Source: Camelus ferus (lineage: Eukaryota). Taken from it: 64,000 bases of DNA. Under the pieces are notes generated by a model. It ran no database searches and was not told the origin of the DNA. It saw only the letters and a program-made list of their open reading frames with translations. Position numbers and translations under genes: made by a program. The stretch covers positions 27,032,001-27,096,000 of the forward strand of contig NC_045717.1 in the NCBI RefSeq assembly GCF_009834535.1, in the 5' to 3' direction. Below are positions 36,101 through 47,760 of this stretch, one piece after another (position 1 is the stretch's first letter; each line of letters opens with the position of its first letter).

Positions 36101-39100
36101 GGCGTCGGCTTCAAGCGCGTGAGATAATCCGGCTCCAGGAGATGAGCTAATGAGACCCAAACCCAGCGAGGCCTTAGCTTTGCGGGCGTTTATGTTTTAA
36201 AGGCCCAGAGAGGTTATGCAACTGGCCCAAGGTCACCCAGCGGGCAGGAGGGGCCGGAGCCGGAGGTGGGAGGCGGGTGGGGGTGTCGCGCTTGTCTTTC
36301 CAGAGTCCACGCCCCGCTGGGGCAGCTCCAGCCGGAATGAGGGGGTCCCGGCCCAGGCAGGCGCAGAGCCCAGAGCTGGAACATTCCTGCACTAATTGAA
36401 AGGAAACAGCTGACAACGACCTTGGCCATGGCTGTGTGTGGGGGGAGGCAGAGTCACACGGGGCGCGGGGAGGGGGAGGTGAGAGGGAGCCCAGGGGCCC
36501 CTTCCCTCACTGGATGGAGGCTGGAGTTAGGGGAGGCTGCTTTCCAGCTCCCTGTGGGGACTTTGTCCCTCCTGACCCACCAGCACCTTCCCCCTCCAGA
36601 CACTTCCTCCACCTCTCAGCCCACCACAGAAGCCCCAGGGGCTTGCCCCTCACCCTTCATCAGTTTCTTGCCTTCCCCTTTCTTTCCTCCACCTCCAGGC
36701 TCAGCTCAAACACAGCTGCCTCTTCCAGGAAGCCTTCCTGGGTCTCCTCTCCTCATCAGGAAGGAATTACTCTTTCTCAAAGCCCCTCAGCACTCAGCAC
36801 AGGTGAGCCTCTAGGATTACTACTGTTACTGGTGAGGTAAGCAGCCCATGAGACATGGACTTTCTAGAAGGTTCAAAGCTGAGAGATGTCACCCCCATGG
36901 TGGAGACCGAGAGAGCAGGCCACAGACCCAAGAGAGCAAAACTGTTGTCCATTAACCTGGGATGGGGAGGGGAGGAGCTGGCCCTGCCCTGGGCCTTCTC
37001 TGGCTTTAGCTGCAGAGACCAGCCCAAGACACCCACTGTCCTTCCCCACCCCTCACTCTGCTCCAGCCACCTCAAACATCCCAGCGCCATGCCATGCCAC
37101 CTCGGAGCCTTTGCACTGACTGTGTTCCCTGCCTGGTGCACTCTCTTCCAGGTCTCCACGGGCTCACTAACTCCCTCAGGCCTGTCTTCAGATATCACCT
37201 CTTCACTCAGGCCTCCTCTGACACCCCCCCCCCAATTAGCCTCAGCACCTCCATGCCCTCCATCCCCACCCCTGCCAGCCCTCACCACCAGGAAACACCT
37301 GATCATGTTACTTATTTTGTTTATTTCCCCTTGAGGACAGTAACGGTCTCTTTTTGTTCCTGCCATGTCCCCGACACTAGGTACACAGGAGGTACTCAAT
37401 AAATGTTCAATAGACCAGCGAGTCAATTAGGGTCCTTCCATTTCTCAAGAGGGCCCCTCAAAGGTTCCCCAATCCTTATCACACTCCTGCCACCCTCCAT
37501 GGACCATTTATCCTGTAATTGCTTCCTTTTTTTTTTTTTTTCTCTTTAAAGAAAATGTTAAATTTATCTAAAACAGGACCTGGGCTCCCCACATCCAGTA
37601 GAGGACAAGAGACAAGCCTCAACCACCCTGAAAGTGACTTATAAATAAATACATAAAGCAACCAGAATGCCCATCAGGTGAGGGATGGACAAACACAATG
37701 TATCCATCCACAAAGGGGAACATCAGGCACAATGACACCTGCTCCCACGTGGACCAACCCTGAGAGCATGGTGCTCAGGGAGAGAAGCAGACACAGAAGG
37801 ACAGTGTGTGAGTCCATGGATGTGAGGCGTCCAGAACAGGCCAGTCCCCAGACACAGGGAGGGGGTTCCTGGTTGTCAGGGGCTGGGGGAAGTGAGTGGG
37901 GAGTGACTGCTGATGGGGATGGGTTTTTTTCAGGGGGTGATGGAATGTTCTTGAACTGGATAGAAGTGATGGTTATACAACTCTGTGAATGTACTGAAAA
38001 CTACTGAATTGTATACTTTAAACAGGAGGATTGTGTGGTGTGTGAATATCTCAAAAAAGCTGGTTAAGAATAAATAAATACATACATATATATAGCAGAA
38101 ATACTGACTCTCTCACCAAGGGCCATGCTGGAGTCAGAGCTGGGGTCCTGCCCACCCTGTGGGGCATCGTAAGGTCCTGCTGGCCCTGCCCTGAGACTCT
38201 CCAGGTCAGAAGGATTTGAACACAGACTGACCAGGGCATCACCTGGCTGCTCCCTGACAGGTGTCACTGGAAGGGCCTTCCAAGTCTGCTGTCCCCACTC
38301 CCACCCTGCTCTCCCAGCTGGGCCCCCAGGCCTGTCTCTGTCCCACCATGACCCTTCTGTCCAGGTTGCTCTCACGGTGGTCCTCACCTGTCTTGCCCAC
38401 CACAGGGCCTGGCCTGGGCAACCCTTCCCAATTCCTAGCCCAGCCTAGGCTGTCCCAGCAATGGGCTCTGACTTGCCCTGGGTTCCTGCTTGAAACCCTT
38501 GGAGACAGGCACCCCAGCCCAAGCCTGCATGCTCAGGCACCAAGACCACTACTCAGCCATCTCATTCTGCCCCAAGACCCTTCTGGAGCAGGGCCACTGG
38601 GCCTCCCAGCACATCTAGGGACTGGGCTATCTCTCCTTGACCAGGCCATCATCCTTGCAGGCAGCTCCAACCACTGCCAAGTTCTGAAGTCTGATCTGCA
38701 CCCACCCAGATGTGGGGTGGGGGTGGTTGTCCGGTGGGGGTGGGTCCTGTGTGTACCCCAGCTGGTGGGGGGTGGTCCTCCCAGCTCCCACACTTCTCCC
38801 CAAACTACCCCCACTGCCCCATCCAGGCTGAGCCCTGACTTGCTTCTCCCTACTCTGGGCCCTCAGCTGCCCCTCTTTCTGGTGCCTGAGTTGGAACCTC
38901 ACTCCCCTCTTGCTCAGACACCACCCATGGCTCCCTGTGAATCCCCAGCTGGGCACCACAGGCCCGGGAGGACCCAATCCCCAGAGCACAGATCAAAGAA
39001 TGCACCCCTCTCTCAACACTTCCCACCTCTAGGCCTTTGCATGGGCCTGACTCTCCACCAGGTATGCCCTTCTGCCTGCCTGAGTAAACCCTGAAATATC

Positions 39101-42100
39101 TTTTGCAGAAAAGGTCCATGGCAGAATGGACCAGGAAACCTTCCTCACATCTCAAAGAAGACCCCTCCAACGGGCTCCTTCAGGCCCCTCTGATCCTGCA
39201 CAGGGCCGAAATGGTCAGCAGGGAGTATTTCTTAAATGAACAGACAACAGGCTTCCCAGATAGAGAAAGGATGGAAGGAATAGGGTTGCAGACTCCAGAA
39301 AGGTGATGTGATGTTTTGTAAGAAAATCAGCCTGTTTCCCTGCATCAAAATACGAGGCCCTTGAGGATGGGCCTCACCACGGGGCTGGAGCAGATCTTTG
39401 CAGGTGGTACTCACAGGGTCCAATTGTAAGGCACCTGCCCTGCCCCTCGTGGCACCCTGTCTAGGAGGGGGCTGGGTGGCCTCTGTCTCCATTCACCAGA
39501 CAAGAAAAGTGAGGCCCAGAGAAGGGGAGTCAGGACACCCCCTCTCCATGCCCCACTTCCAAATCAGCAGTCACAGAAGGGGTCCCTGGGAGGGGAAGCA
39601 CGGGCAGGTGCCCCCAGGAACCCAGACTGCAACAAAGGCCACCTGCTGTGTGGCCCAGCAGACCACCCAGGCTGAAAAGCCAATGTCAGGACACCCAGGA
39701 GCACCCTCCAGCTCACAGCCCCAGGGACCTGGGAAGGTACAAAGCTCCCCTCCCCTGGCAGCTAAAAGGATACCCCAGGAGAAAACCCCAGCACCACTAC
39801 TTTCCTGCTGCGTGGCCCCAGGAACGTTCTATCACCACTCTGTGCCTCAGTTTCCCCCCCTCACAGGGCTGCTGTAAGAAACAATCACGGTCATATGGAC
39901 TGAGCCCTCAGAACAGAGCCTAGTATACAGCAAGTGCTCACTCAATGACTGGGAAATCAACGATGCTTGCACTTCTCAAACCAACTTCCTGTTTTCCTGC
40001 CACCATCTCCAGCGCTCCCTGCGTGTCCCTGCTCTTCAGATTCACTCTGTTTGAATCAAACTCCTTTGTACTAGGAAATGTTACATTGTTACCAAGACTA
40101 TGAAGACCAGAAGCCACTGCCACAAACATCAGAGGGAAAACATTAAAAAAAAAAAAAAAGACACAATGAAAGTAAAAACTTATTAAATTCAATTATCACT
40201 GGATACAGTCGCCTTTTAACCGGTTCTGCTCCTCATTAAAAAGGGAGATTAGCAAGTGGGACCTCGTTAGCACTCAGAGGAGACTTTCTCCTTGAAAAGG
40301 TCCAGACCTCAGGGCGAGAAGGAATCTGGGAGGGTCCTGACCCAACTCTGCTCCCCTGCTCCCGTCCCAGCATCCGAGACTTGCCCTCACCCCAGATGAG
40401 GACCTTGGCACCTGAGAACAGCTGCTCCCAGCTTAAGTATCTCTACTAGCCAAAGCCTGAGGCTCCCAGAGGAGCAGCACCGCACCCCTCACCTGGGGCC
40501 GCACAGCGACCCCCTCAGTCGGATGTGCATCTGGCTCCGGACCCCCGCCCAGTGTCTCATCCTTCGCCCTGCCCCATCCTTGTCCCAGCTTTACATCACC
40601 ACCCACCTCCCACCACCCCACTGCTTAGTTCTTGGCTAGTTTTTGCTAACTCCTTACATTCTTAAATTCACGAAAATTAGTTTAATCCTGAAATCAATGA
40701 AATGTTGTCAAATTCTTCAATTTATCTTTAAAAGAAACTTTCCAGCACCACCACAAACCGCCACCATCTCCCGTGACTCTGACAGCAGAATCCATGGAAA
40801 CGGAAGGAGGTGAATGATTACGTTCCAGGAGCCATTGCCTCCGTGCCTGGAGCTGGCTCTGCCTTCGTGGAAGAGGACGAGGAGCCAGGGGCAGGTGCTC
40901 ACGCAGGGAGGCACCAGATGGAGCCACCCCACCCTTCGCCAACCCAAGGGGACGGCTCCCTCGCAGGACTGTTCGGGTGGTTAACACCAAGTCCTGCTGC
41001 ACGTCTGCACCCAGAAAAGCCAGTGATCCACCTAGTGGGGGGCGCATGGCGCTGTATCTGACCCGAGGCCAAGAAGGCCTGCGATAGGGCGGCAAGCTCC
41101 GTGGGCCCTCCCTGTGCTTTGGGACCTGGGGGCAGCGGTGGCCCCTCTCTGGGCTTCTGTAGCCCTACTGAAAATGAAAGGGACGGCGGGAAAGGAAACA
41201 ATGGGGCCCATCCAGAACATCTCATTCCTCTGCTCTGGGTGGGTGTTTCCTCCCTCTTCACCCCTCCTCCCTGGAGGCAGCCCCCCTCCCCACAGCCACA
41301 CCCTGCCCAGGGCCTGCTGTCAGGAGGCCCAGAGGCTCCCCTTGGGCCCGGGGAGCAGAGCAGATAAACAAGTGGGGGGAATGTTGCAGACAGGTCTGGG
41401 CCCTGGCTCCCCTGAGCCCCTGGCTGGGCTCCCGGGCTGGGTGGGGAAAGCGGGCTGGGCCTTTGTCTGGCTTTCAGAAGCAGAGGACATGGGTGTCTCC
41501 TTCCCGGCGAGGGCAGGAGGCGGTAGCTCCCACCCTGCTGCGGGTGTGGCGGTCACGGGTGAATCCCTGGAGGAAAGTTGAGGGCTCAGACAACACATCC
41601 AGCGGGGTGAGCAGGGCAGCCAGGCAGGGTGGGCTGGCTGGACCTCCGTGTCTGGGCCTCGGGCTGGGTGGGGACCTAGCCCAGAGTGGGGCAGCCGCTG
41701 GCCCCGGGACAGGGCAGGCGGGCTGCTGGGACACCAGACACCCCTTCTCCACCCCTGTGTACAAAAACACACCCCACAACCCCCCAGCGCCCACCTGTGG
41801 GAGTGGGGGCATGGAGGACTCCCTGATGCCAGGAACAGAGGACTTCTGTCTGAAATGACCACTCACACTCACTGGGCACCTGCTCCTGCAGGAATCTGCT
41901 GCCACCCAGCAGCTCCTCACCAGACCCCTAGACCCAGGCCGCCCACCCAGCTCACACCCAGGCCAGCCAGCTCTTGGCTACACCATTTGGGGCCCCACCT
42001 TGGGGACACTTTTCCTAGGAGGGGATGAGACCCAAGCTCCCCTATCAGAAAGTACAGGACCTCTGGTCTCACACCCAACCCAGACCCCGAAGCCTGGAGA

Positions 42101-42672
42101 AAAGCTCCCTGGCTCCACAGAACTCGGCACCTGGGGTGTCTGGACCTCCGGCCTTAGCAGGGGCCCCAAACAGCACTTGAGGCCCAGGGTGAGGGCAGTC
42201 AGGCAAGGCAGGACTGGCCGGTGCCCGCGTCCAGGCAGCAGGGAGCAGCGAGCTCATGTTGGGGGTGGGGGAGTGAGCTCAAAGCCAGCGGTGCCATGGG
42301 GAGGGGTCGCCCCCTGGCCCCAGGGAGCCCGCTTGGGGGCCCACAGGTGGACGAAGGCCGCGGCCCGCCCTGGGGCGCGGGCAGAGACACAGCACCCACC
42401 CCCACCCTGCGCGCGTCCCGGGCTGCCCCCAGCCGCTGCCTCCCGAGTCCCCATTAGCCCGTGGGCCGCCAGGGCGGGGTAGGGGGTGGCCTCCGAGCGG
42501 GCACTGCGCAGCCCGTGTCCCTCCCCAGCCGAGTAGGGGTCCCGGAAGCCCCTCGCCACCCACCTCCCCACGCGAGGACCGCGACGGCCCGGGGGTGGGC
42601 CGTGGGTGGGGGGGTGGGGGTCTCAGGCTCCCTCCGGGGCGCCCCCGGCCGGAGCGCGCCTACTCACTCCAT
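20495..42672 (-). CDS. PALM: PALM (paralemmin-1), 9 coding exons. 386 aa if one extra base at about 20723-20725 is removed; 311 aa and CaaX-less as written
   Basis: Exons of 5, 52, 81, 131, 154, 22, 60, 132 and 525 nt give MEVLVAETTSQQERLQAIAEKRRRQAEIE ... MKKQRCKCCSIM. All junctions GT-AG with compatible phases. Confidence 0.95.
21051..21108. repeat. (AG)29 microsatellite, sense (TC)29, next to the PALM exon 9 acceptor
   Basis: Counted directly. Confidence 0.95.
21511..21744. repeat. Minisatellite, 5 copies of a 46-48 bp unit aggagttgcaggggttctgac(c)nattgagttcat(g/a)tagaca
   Basis: Units start at 21511, 21557, 21604, 21650 and 21697. Confidence 0.95.
21750..22170 (-). mobile_element. Old L1 ORF2 fragment
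   Basis: T-rich reverse L1 text (ctctgaattctgctttggctgcagc...tttatttagaagagtgttt). Confidence 0.6.
22885..23530 (+). mobile_element. Old L1 (L1MB-like) 3' end
   Basis: gaaatcaaaaccacaacgaggtatcacttc ... gcaattcgactcctaggtatt. Confidence 0.8.
24648..24779 (-). CDS. PALM: PALM exon 8 (AMYSVEITVEKDKVTGETRVLSS...YEDETK), the known alternatively spliced 44-aa exon
   Basis: ctcgtgccag|CC ATG ... G|GTACGC; 132 nt, symmetric phase 1. Confidence 0.95.
25628..25645 (+). promoter_or_regulatory. CTCF-like motif TCGCCACCAGAGGGCGCC (PALM intron 7)
   Basis: Match to the CTCF core consensus. Confidence 0.65.
27060..27119 (-). CDS. PALM: PALM exon 7 (EKRISNTPMRMVEGSTMMKA)
   Basis: cccccgagcag|AG ... G|GTGGGT, 60 nt. 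Confidence 0.9.
28252..28270 (+). promoter_or_regulatory. Near-perfect CTCF motif TGGCCACCAGAGGGCGCTA (PALM intron 6)
   Basis: 19-bp match to the canonical consensus. Confidence 0.7.
28301..28322 (-). CDS. PALM: PALM exon 6, 22-nt microexon (TPVGTPK)
   Basis: cttctttcttgcag|ACACCGGTGGGCACGCCCAAAG|GTATGT. Confidence 0.9.
29923..30076 (-). CDS. PALM: PALM exon 5 (LEKEIEELEN...AEVVLNSQQ)
   Basis: cttcccag|G ... CAG|GTAAGA, 154 nt. Confidence 0.93.
31573..31703 (-). CDS. PALM: PALM exon 4 (SKALRERWLLEGTPSSASEGDEDMRRQMQEDEQKARILEGSISR)
   Basis: ctgccccag|TCC ... AG|GTGGGC, 131 nt. Confidence 0.94.
31897..31977 (-). CDS. PALM: PALM exon 3 (EKRRRQAEIESRRRQLEDDRRQLQHLK)
   Basis: ggtcag|GAG ... 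AAG|GTACGG, 81 nt. Confidence 0.94.
32378..32429 (-). CDS. PALM: PALM exon 2 (VLVAETTSQQERLQAIA)
   Basis: ccccgcag|G ... GCA|GTGAGT, 52 nt. Confidence 0.93.
34940..35220. promoter_or_regulatory. Intronic CpG-rich element in PALM intron 1 with tandem RFX X-boxes and a CArG box
   Basis: GTTGCCCTGGTAAC at 35058-35071, ATCTCCACGGCAAC at 35078-35091, CCTAAATAGG at 35207-35216. Confidence 0.55.
37600..38090 (+). mobile_element. Old L1 (L1MB-like) 3' end
   Basis: gaatgcccatcaggtgagggatggacaaac ... gaattgtatactttaaa. Confidence 0.75.
42668..42672 (-). CDS. PALM: PALM exon 1 coding part (ATGGA)
   Basis: ggggaaATGGA|GTGAGT inside a CpG island. Phase 2 matches exon 2 (G GTC = E-V). Confidence 0.8.
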
Positions 42673-42883
42673 TTCCCCGCCGAGGTCCGTGGGTCCGCGA
42701 GGCCGGGCGGGGGCGGGCGCGGGGCGCGCGGGGGCGCGCGGGGAGGGCCGGCGGCGGGCGGGCTAAGGCCTGGCGGCCGGGGCTGCGCGGCGCGGGGGCG
42801 GCGGCACCGGCGCGGGCATCGCCCCGCGCGCGGCTGTTTATTGTCCGCGCGGCGGCGGGCGCGGGGGGGTGGGCTGGGCGCGC

Positions 42884-42885
<2 letters not shown>

Positions 42886-42920
<35 letters not shown>

Positions 42921-42987
42921 GCTTCGCTCTCGCCCCCTCCCGCCGGCTCCCCGCCTCCCGCCGGCTCCCGCGCTGCGCCTCCTGCCG

Positions 42988-43017
<30 letters not shown>
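42886..43017. repeat. Two trinucleotide tracts, (GCC)11 at 42886-42918 and (GCC)10 at 42988-43017
   Basis: Counted directly. Confidence 0.9.
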
Positions 43018-43019
<2 letters not shown>

Positions 43020-44616
43020 AGCGCCGCGGTCACCGCGCGCCGGCCCGCCGGTCCCGCCGGAACCTCCGGCCCGGCCGGCGCCGTGTCCCAGGGCCTCCCA
43101 GACTCATTCATTCCGTCTCCGTGCCGGGCCGACTCTCAGGCCCAGGCGGTCTGGGCGCCGGCCTGGGACCCCGCCGAGGCCGCCACCAATCCCGCCCCTC
43201 CCAGCTCCCGGGCCAAAGGGGGCGCGGACGGGGACAACTGACCGGGGGAGGTCGGGGGGGCCGCTCCGAGGGGCTGACGTCTCTGCAGCCTGCAGCCGGC
43301 AGCCGGAGGAGGGTCCTGAGACCATCTGCGGGAGTATCTGCAAAGAGCGGCCAGGTGGCCGGCCCTGCAAGCTCCAAAGGCCGGCGGTGGGACTGAGGCA
43401 GGCCTGTATGAGGAGGAATCATAATGAGAGAAGCTGCTGGTCTTCCGAGCCGGGTGGACGAGGCTTAAGGAATTTCATCTGACCCACAGCTCTGCCGCAC
43501 CAACAGGCCTGAGTGAGAGGGGGATAATGGAGGGAGTAGGGAGAACAAAGGGCACTGGGGAGCCACAGCGGAGTTTAGAGCAGGAGAGGAGTCACCTCAG
43601 TTTATGTGTGTGAGGGCCACTGGGGCTGCCAGGTGGGGAACGGATGAAGGAGGCCAATGGCAGGGGAGGGGGAGGGCTTGGAGTCCAGAAGAGGCTGAAC
43701 TGACCTAGGACCCCCAGGGACATGGCGGAGGCTCGACCAGGTTGAGAACCGGGTGGATTCTTGGATGGATCTTGAAGAGGAGATGACAGGATTGCCACTG
43801 GACAGGATGTGGGATGACAGGCATCAGGGTCCCCGTCTGCAAGCTGAGCCCCTGGAAGGGCACGCGGACGTGAACGGTGCCCAGGAGGTGACAGTGGGGA
43901 ATGCTGGGTGGGCAGCTGGATGCCTAGGTTGGGGTTCAGGGTGAGTCCTGAACAGGGCTAGAGGTGGAGCTCCCCAGGGTTACAGAGGTTACCGCCAACT
44001 CCGTCCCCTGCCACCCCCTCGGTTCCTAGGGTAGACAGAGTTCTTCACACTACATGTGTCACCATGTGGACCCTACCAACCAGGACTGAGGCAGGACCTG
44101 TTTCCACCAACATGTTCTGAGAAGAACACGCGCCCTCAGGCCCCAAACCCACTTACTCAGTGGGGCGGGGGTGGGGGGCAGAGAGAGAGATTCTTCCAAA
44201 CCTCTTAGGTTTTGCTGTCTTACAAACCTGCCCAGCAGGTGCTCAGTCACCAGGGGTGTAACGGGAAACAGCCTTGGATGAGTGCTGGAGAAAGATGGGG
44301 CAGGACATGCCCCAGCCTCGGGGGGGGGCGGGGGGGGCTGCCTTCCCCCTCACAGGCCTTTGCCCACCGTTTACAATGACCGTGCATCCATTTAGCATGA
44401 AAACAGTGAGATAAATGAGCCAAGGTGGAACCAACACGAAGACTCCGGGAACCATCAGGGCTCTGGGGGCCAGCTTTTCTCTAAGTGTGCTGTGTAACCT
44501 TGGGTCTGCTTCTTAACCTCTCTGAGCCTCACTTCCCCACCTCCTAGGACTGCTGGGAGGGTTTACGGAGTGAATATAGGCGAAGGACTTGGAACAGGGC
44601 CTAGCACATGCTCACT

Positions 44617-44795
44617 CAGGGGTTGACAAACTTTTTCTGTAAAGGGCCAGACAGTAAATCTTTTCGGCATTGCGGGCCAGTGGGTCTCTGTCGCAAGGAC
44701 TCAGCTCCGCCATTGCAATGCTATAGTGGCCAGAGGCCGTATGGGCCATGTCGTGTGGCTGTGTGCCAATAAAACTTTATTTACAAAATGGGCAT
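44617..44795 (+). mobile_element. MER58A-like hAT-Charlie DNA transposon
   Basis: caggggttgacaaactttttctgtaaagggccagacagtaaat ... gtgtgccaataaaactttatttacaaaa. Confidence 0.85.
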
Positions 44796-47314
44796 GCCCA
44801 CCCTCAACGTCCTCTGGGCCTTGGACTCCAGGGGGTCTCACACTGGGCTCTGTGTGGGCCCCAAGACCCCACTCCTCCCTGTTCCTGGGTCAGAGACCCC
44901 TTCCTTTCCCAGCCCTGACCCCAGCTCAGCCCACAGCCCCCAGGGTCTCCCTGCCCCTCTCCCCTCCTCCCCTCGCCCTCACCTGCCCCACTCAGACACT
45001 TCTATAGCTCCCCAGGGCCCTGCAGCCTGGCTCCTGGGGCCCAGCTGAGCCCTTGAAGGTGCCTTTCCTTCCCCCGCCCTAGACACGCACCCTCCTCCAT
45101 GAGCACCCTCCCCACCTTCCCAGTGGCACTAAAACCCTGCCCCTTCCTTGTGCTCCTCACCCACTCTGGTCACTCTTTTCCCACTTAATTCTGCTGTGGA
45201 TGATGTCTTGCTGTTGTTTCCTGGCTCCACCAGGCAGAGATGTGTCCCCGGCATGCCAGCCGAGCCAGCACACAGCAGGCGCTCAGCCAGTAGAGCCAGC
45301 ACACAGCAGGCGCTCAGTAAACGCTCGTGGTATGAATGACTGCCAGTCTCCCACTGTCTCCTCTGACTTTCCCGAGGGAAGGATGGCGCTGGTGTCCAGT
45401 TCACAGATGAGGGCGTCCAGAGCACCCAGCCCCTGGCTGAGCTCTCGCCAGCGGCCTCAGAGAGGCACCTAGCTCACCCATTCCCCAGAGGAGGGGACAG
45501 AGGCTCAGACAGCTGTGGGGGCAGCTTGGGGACCCCAACGGTAGCCAAGCCGCTTCCCCCACTGCCCCTCCCAGCAGAAATCCTGGAGGCTCTGAGGGCA
45601 GACAAGGTAGAGGAGGTGAGGCTCTGCCCGCCGGCCTTGGTTCACCCATCCATGGAATGGGCTTGTCAGGGCCCCCACGTGCCAGGTGCTCACACCTACA
45701 CGACCCTTTCTCCAGGTCCAGGAGAAGGTCTGCAAGGGGTAATGGTGTCCATCACGACCCCACACTGATCCTGGCTGCCATCCAGAGTGGGTCTGGCTGC
45801 AGTTGGAAGGGCTGTTGGGAGGGCTGTTTATTCTTGAGGCCTTGTCGTCCACTTCAAGAAAGAAGAAGCAATTTCCTTGGAATGTGAGTTAATGGGGTTA
45901 AAAAGTGAAGTGTGGGATTTAAGGAAAAGTGTCACTGACTGACGTCTGGCCTGTGCCCTGTTCCAAGCACCAGCCCCACTCACAGACGAGGAAACTCAGG
46001 CACACAGGAGCCAGCTGGGGGTGGGATGGGGTCCCTGAGCTCCGACACCAAGTCTTGGGGGTTCCTGGGACGATTTTGAGCTTTTCTCAAATTCTCAGGG
46101 GTTCTTGACCACCCTCCATGCTTCTGCAGCTGTTTTGGGCTGTGGGAAGGGGCTGTGCACCTACTGAGCACCAGCTGCATGCCCCACTCAGGGCTAGGTG
46201 ATGAGCACCTTCTGCATGCATGCCCCACTCAGTTGCTCAGGAACTGACTATGAGCTAATCTCCTCAGTATATAAAGAGCCCCAACAAATCAATAACAAGT
46301 GTAAGCATTCAGTAAAAGGAGCTATTATTATTATTATTGTCATTGTCACTGTCACCATTATTGTTGTTGAGTCGGCTCTGACTTGGAAAGCCACCCAAAT
46401 CCTCCATGGAAAGACTCTTCAGGGATGACAGTCTTGGAGTTCTGGGTTCAAGACCCTGTACGGACCAGCTGGGCTCCTCTTTCTGGGCCTCTGTTTAGGA
46501 ACTGGAGATACTGAGTCCCACCCAGGCCACTCCTCAGGGCTTCAAGGGGCTTGGTTGTCTGGAACGTGAAGGACGGTTGCTGGTTTCACAACTGCTCAGC
46601 AGACAAGAAGGAAATAGGCCAGGCTGTGGGGAGGCTCGACCCCTGGCAGAGCCAACAGGGGCTGGCCTGAGGCTGCAACCCTGGCCGCACTGCTCCCTTG
46701 CTGTGCAGCCCTCGTCAAGAGCTTAACGTCTCTGTGCCTCTGTTTCCCCGTCAGTAACATGGGGACAGAAACAATACTGACAGCCTTGGGTTGCTGTAGG
46801 ACTGAACGTATTCCACACACCTGCAGCTTCAGGTAATACTCGTACCTATCTGCCCCCAGGGGGGTGTGGCTGGGGAAGTGACCGAGGCCTGGGGTTGGGG
46901 GAGCAGTGACAGGACAGCCCCAGGCCTGGGTCCAGAGTGGACAGGAGCTACCAAAGTCTCCCAAGGAACCCTCCACTACCGAGGCATTGACTTCAGAGGG
47001 AAACGCGGGGCCTGGCTCTAGCCGAGCCCCAGAAACAACTCCCTCCGCCCTCGTGGTTTCTGTTTTCCTCCTGGCCCCAGGCCGTGCTGCATTCCTGCAG
47101 CTGCTGTGACCATCGCTGCAGACCCAGTGGCTCAGAATGACACGCGATGGCCTGGTCAGTGGGCCTCGCTGGGCTAGAACCCAGGTGTCTTCAGGCCAGC
47201 AGGGCTGGTTCCCAGACCAGCGGGTTTCGCCCTCTCCCTGCCGTTTCCAAGGCTGTGCCTCAGTTTCCTTGTCTGTAAAGCAGGGATGATGATAACACCC
47301 CTGAAACACAGGGA

Positions 47315-47760
47315 ACAGAGGTTGGCTAAATACTGCCCCACGATGTCCCGTTCTAGTCCCCGGACCCCTCTCACGGCAGAAGGGACTCTGCAGGGGGGGA
47401 TTAAGTTAAGGTCCCTGGGACGGAGGTGACCCTGGATTCCTAGGGGACCTGGTGTCATCACAGGGTCCTCATCAGTGGGAGGTGGGCGGTCAGAGTCAGA
47501 GAGAGACGGAGATGCTGTGCTGCTGGCGGTGAGGATGGAGGGGGGCCGCGAGCCAGGGATGCGGCGCCTCTAGAAGCTGGAAGAGGCAGGAGCCGGTTCT
47601 CCCTGGAGCCTCCGGACAGACACCCCCTGCACATGCCTGGATTGAGCCCCATGAGGCCCAAGCAGGACTCCTGACCCGAGGACTATCGGAGAATCAATCT
47701 GTGTGGTTTGAGGCCACGAAGTTTGTGGTGGTCGTTACAGCAGTGGCAGGAGACTCACAG
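47315..47760 (+). mobile_element. MaLR LTR (MLT1D-like)
   Basis: Same family text as 7135-7545; ends gaggccacgaagtttgtggt...gttacagcag. Confidence 0.75.

Larger units (their letters stand above)
42330..43400. promoter_or_regulatory. PALM: PALM promoter/exon 1 CpG island
   Basis: Very high GC and CpG density with GC boxes surrounding the start codon. Confidence 0.85.

Noticed and set aside
42595-43482. 295-aa and overlapping Ala/Arg/Pro-rich ORFs
   Set aside because: Translations of the PALM CpG island and its GCC repeats in several frames; no sign of coding constraint.
45262-45317. 25-nt direct repeat gagccagcacacagcaggcgctcag x2
   Set aside because: Local duplication within an L2 3' tail; no sign of function.
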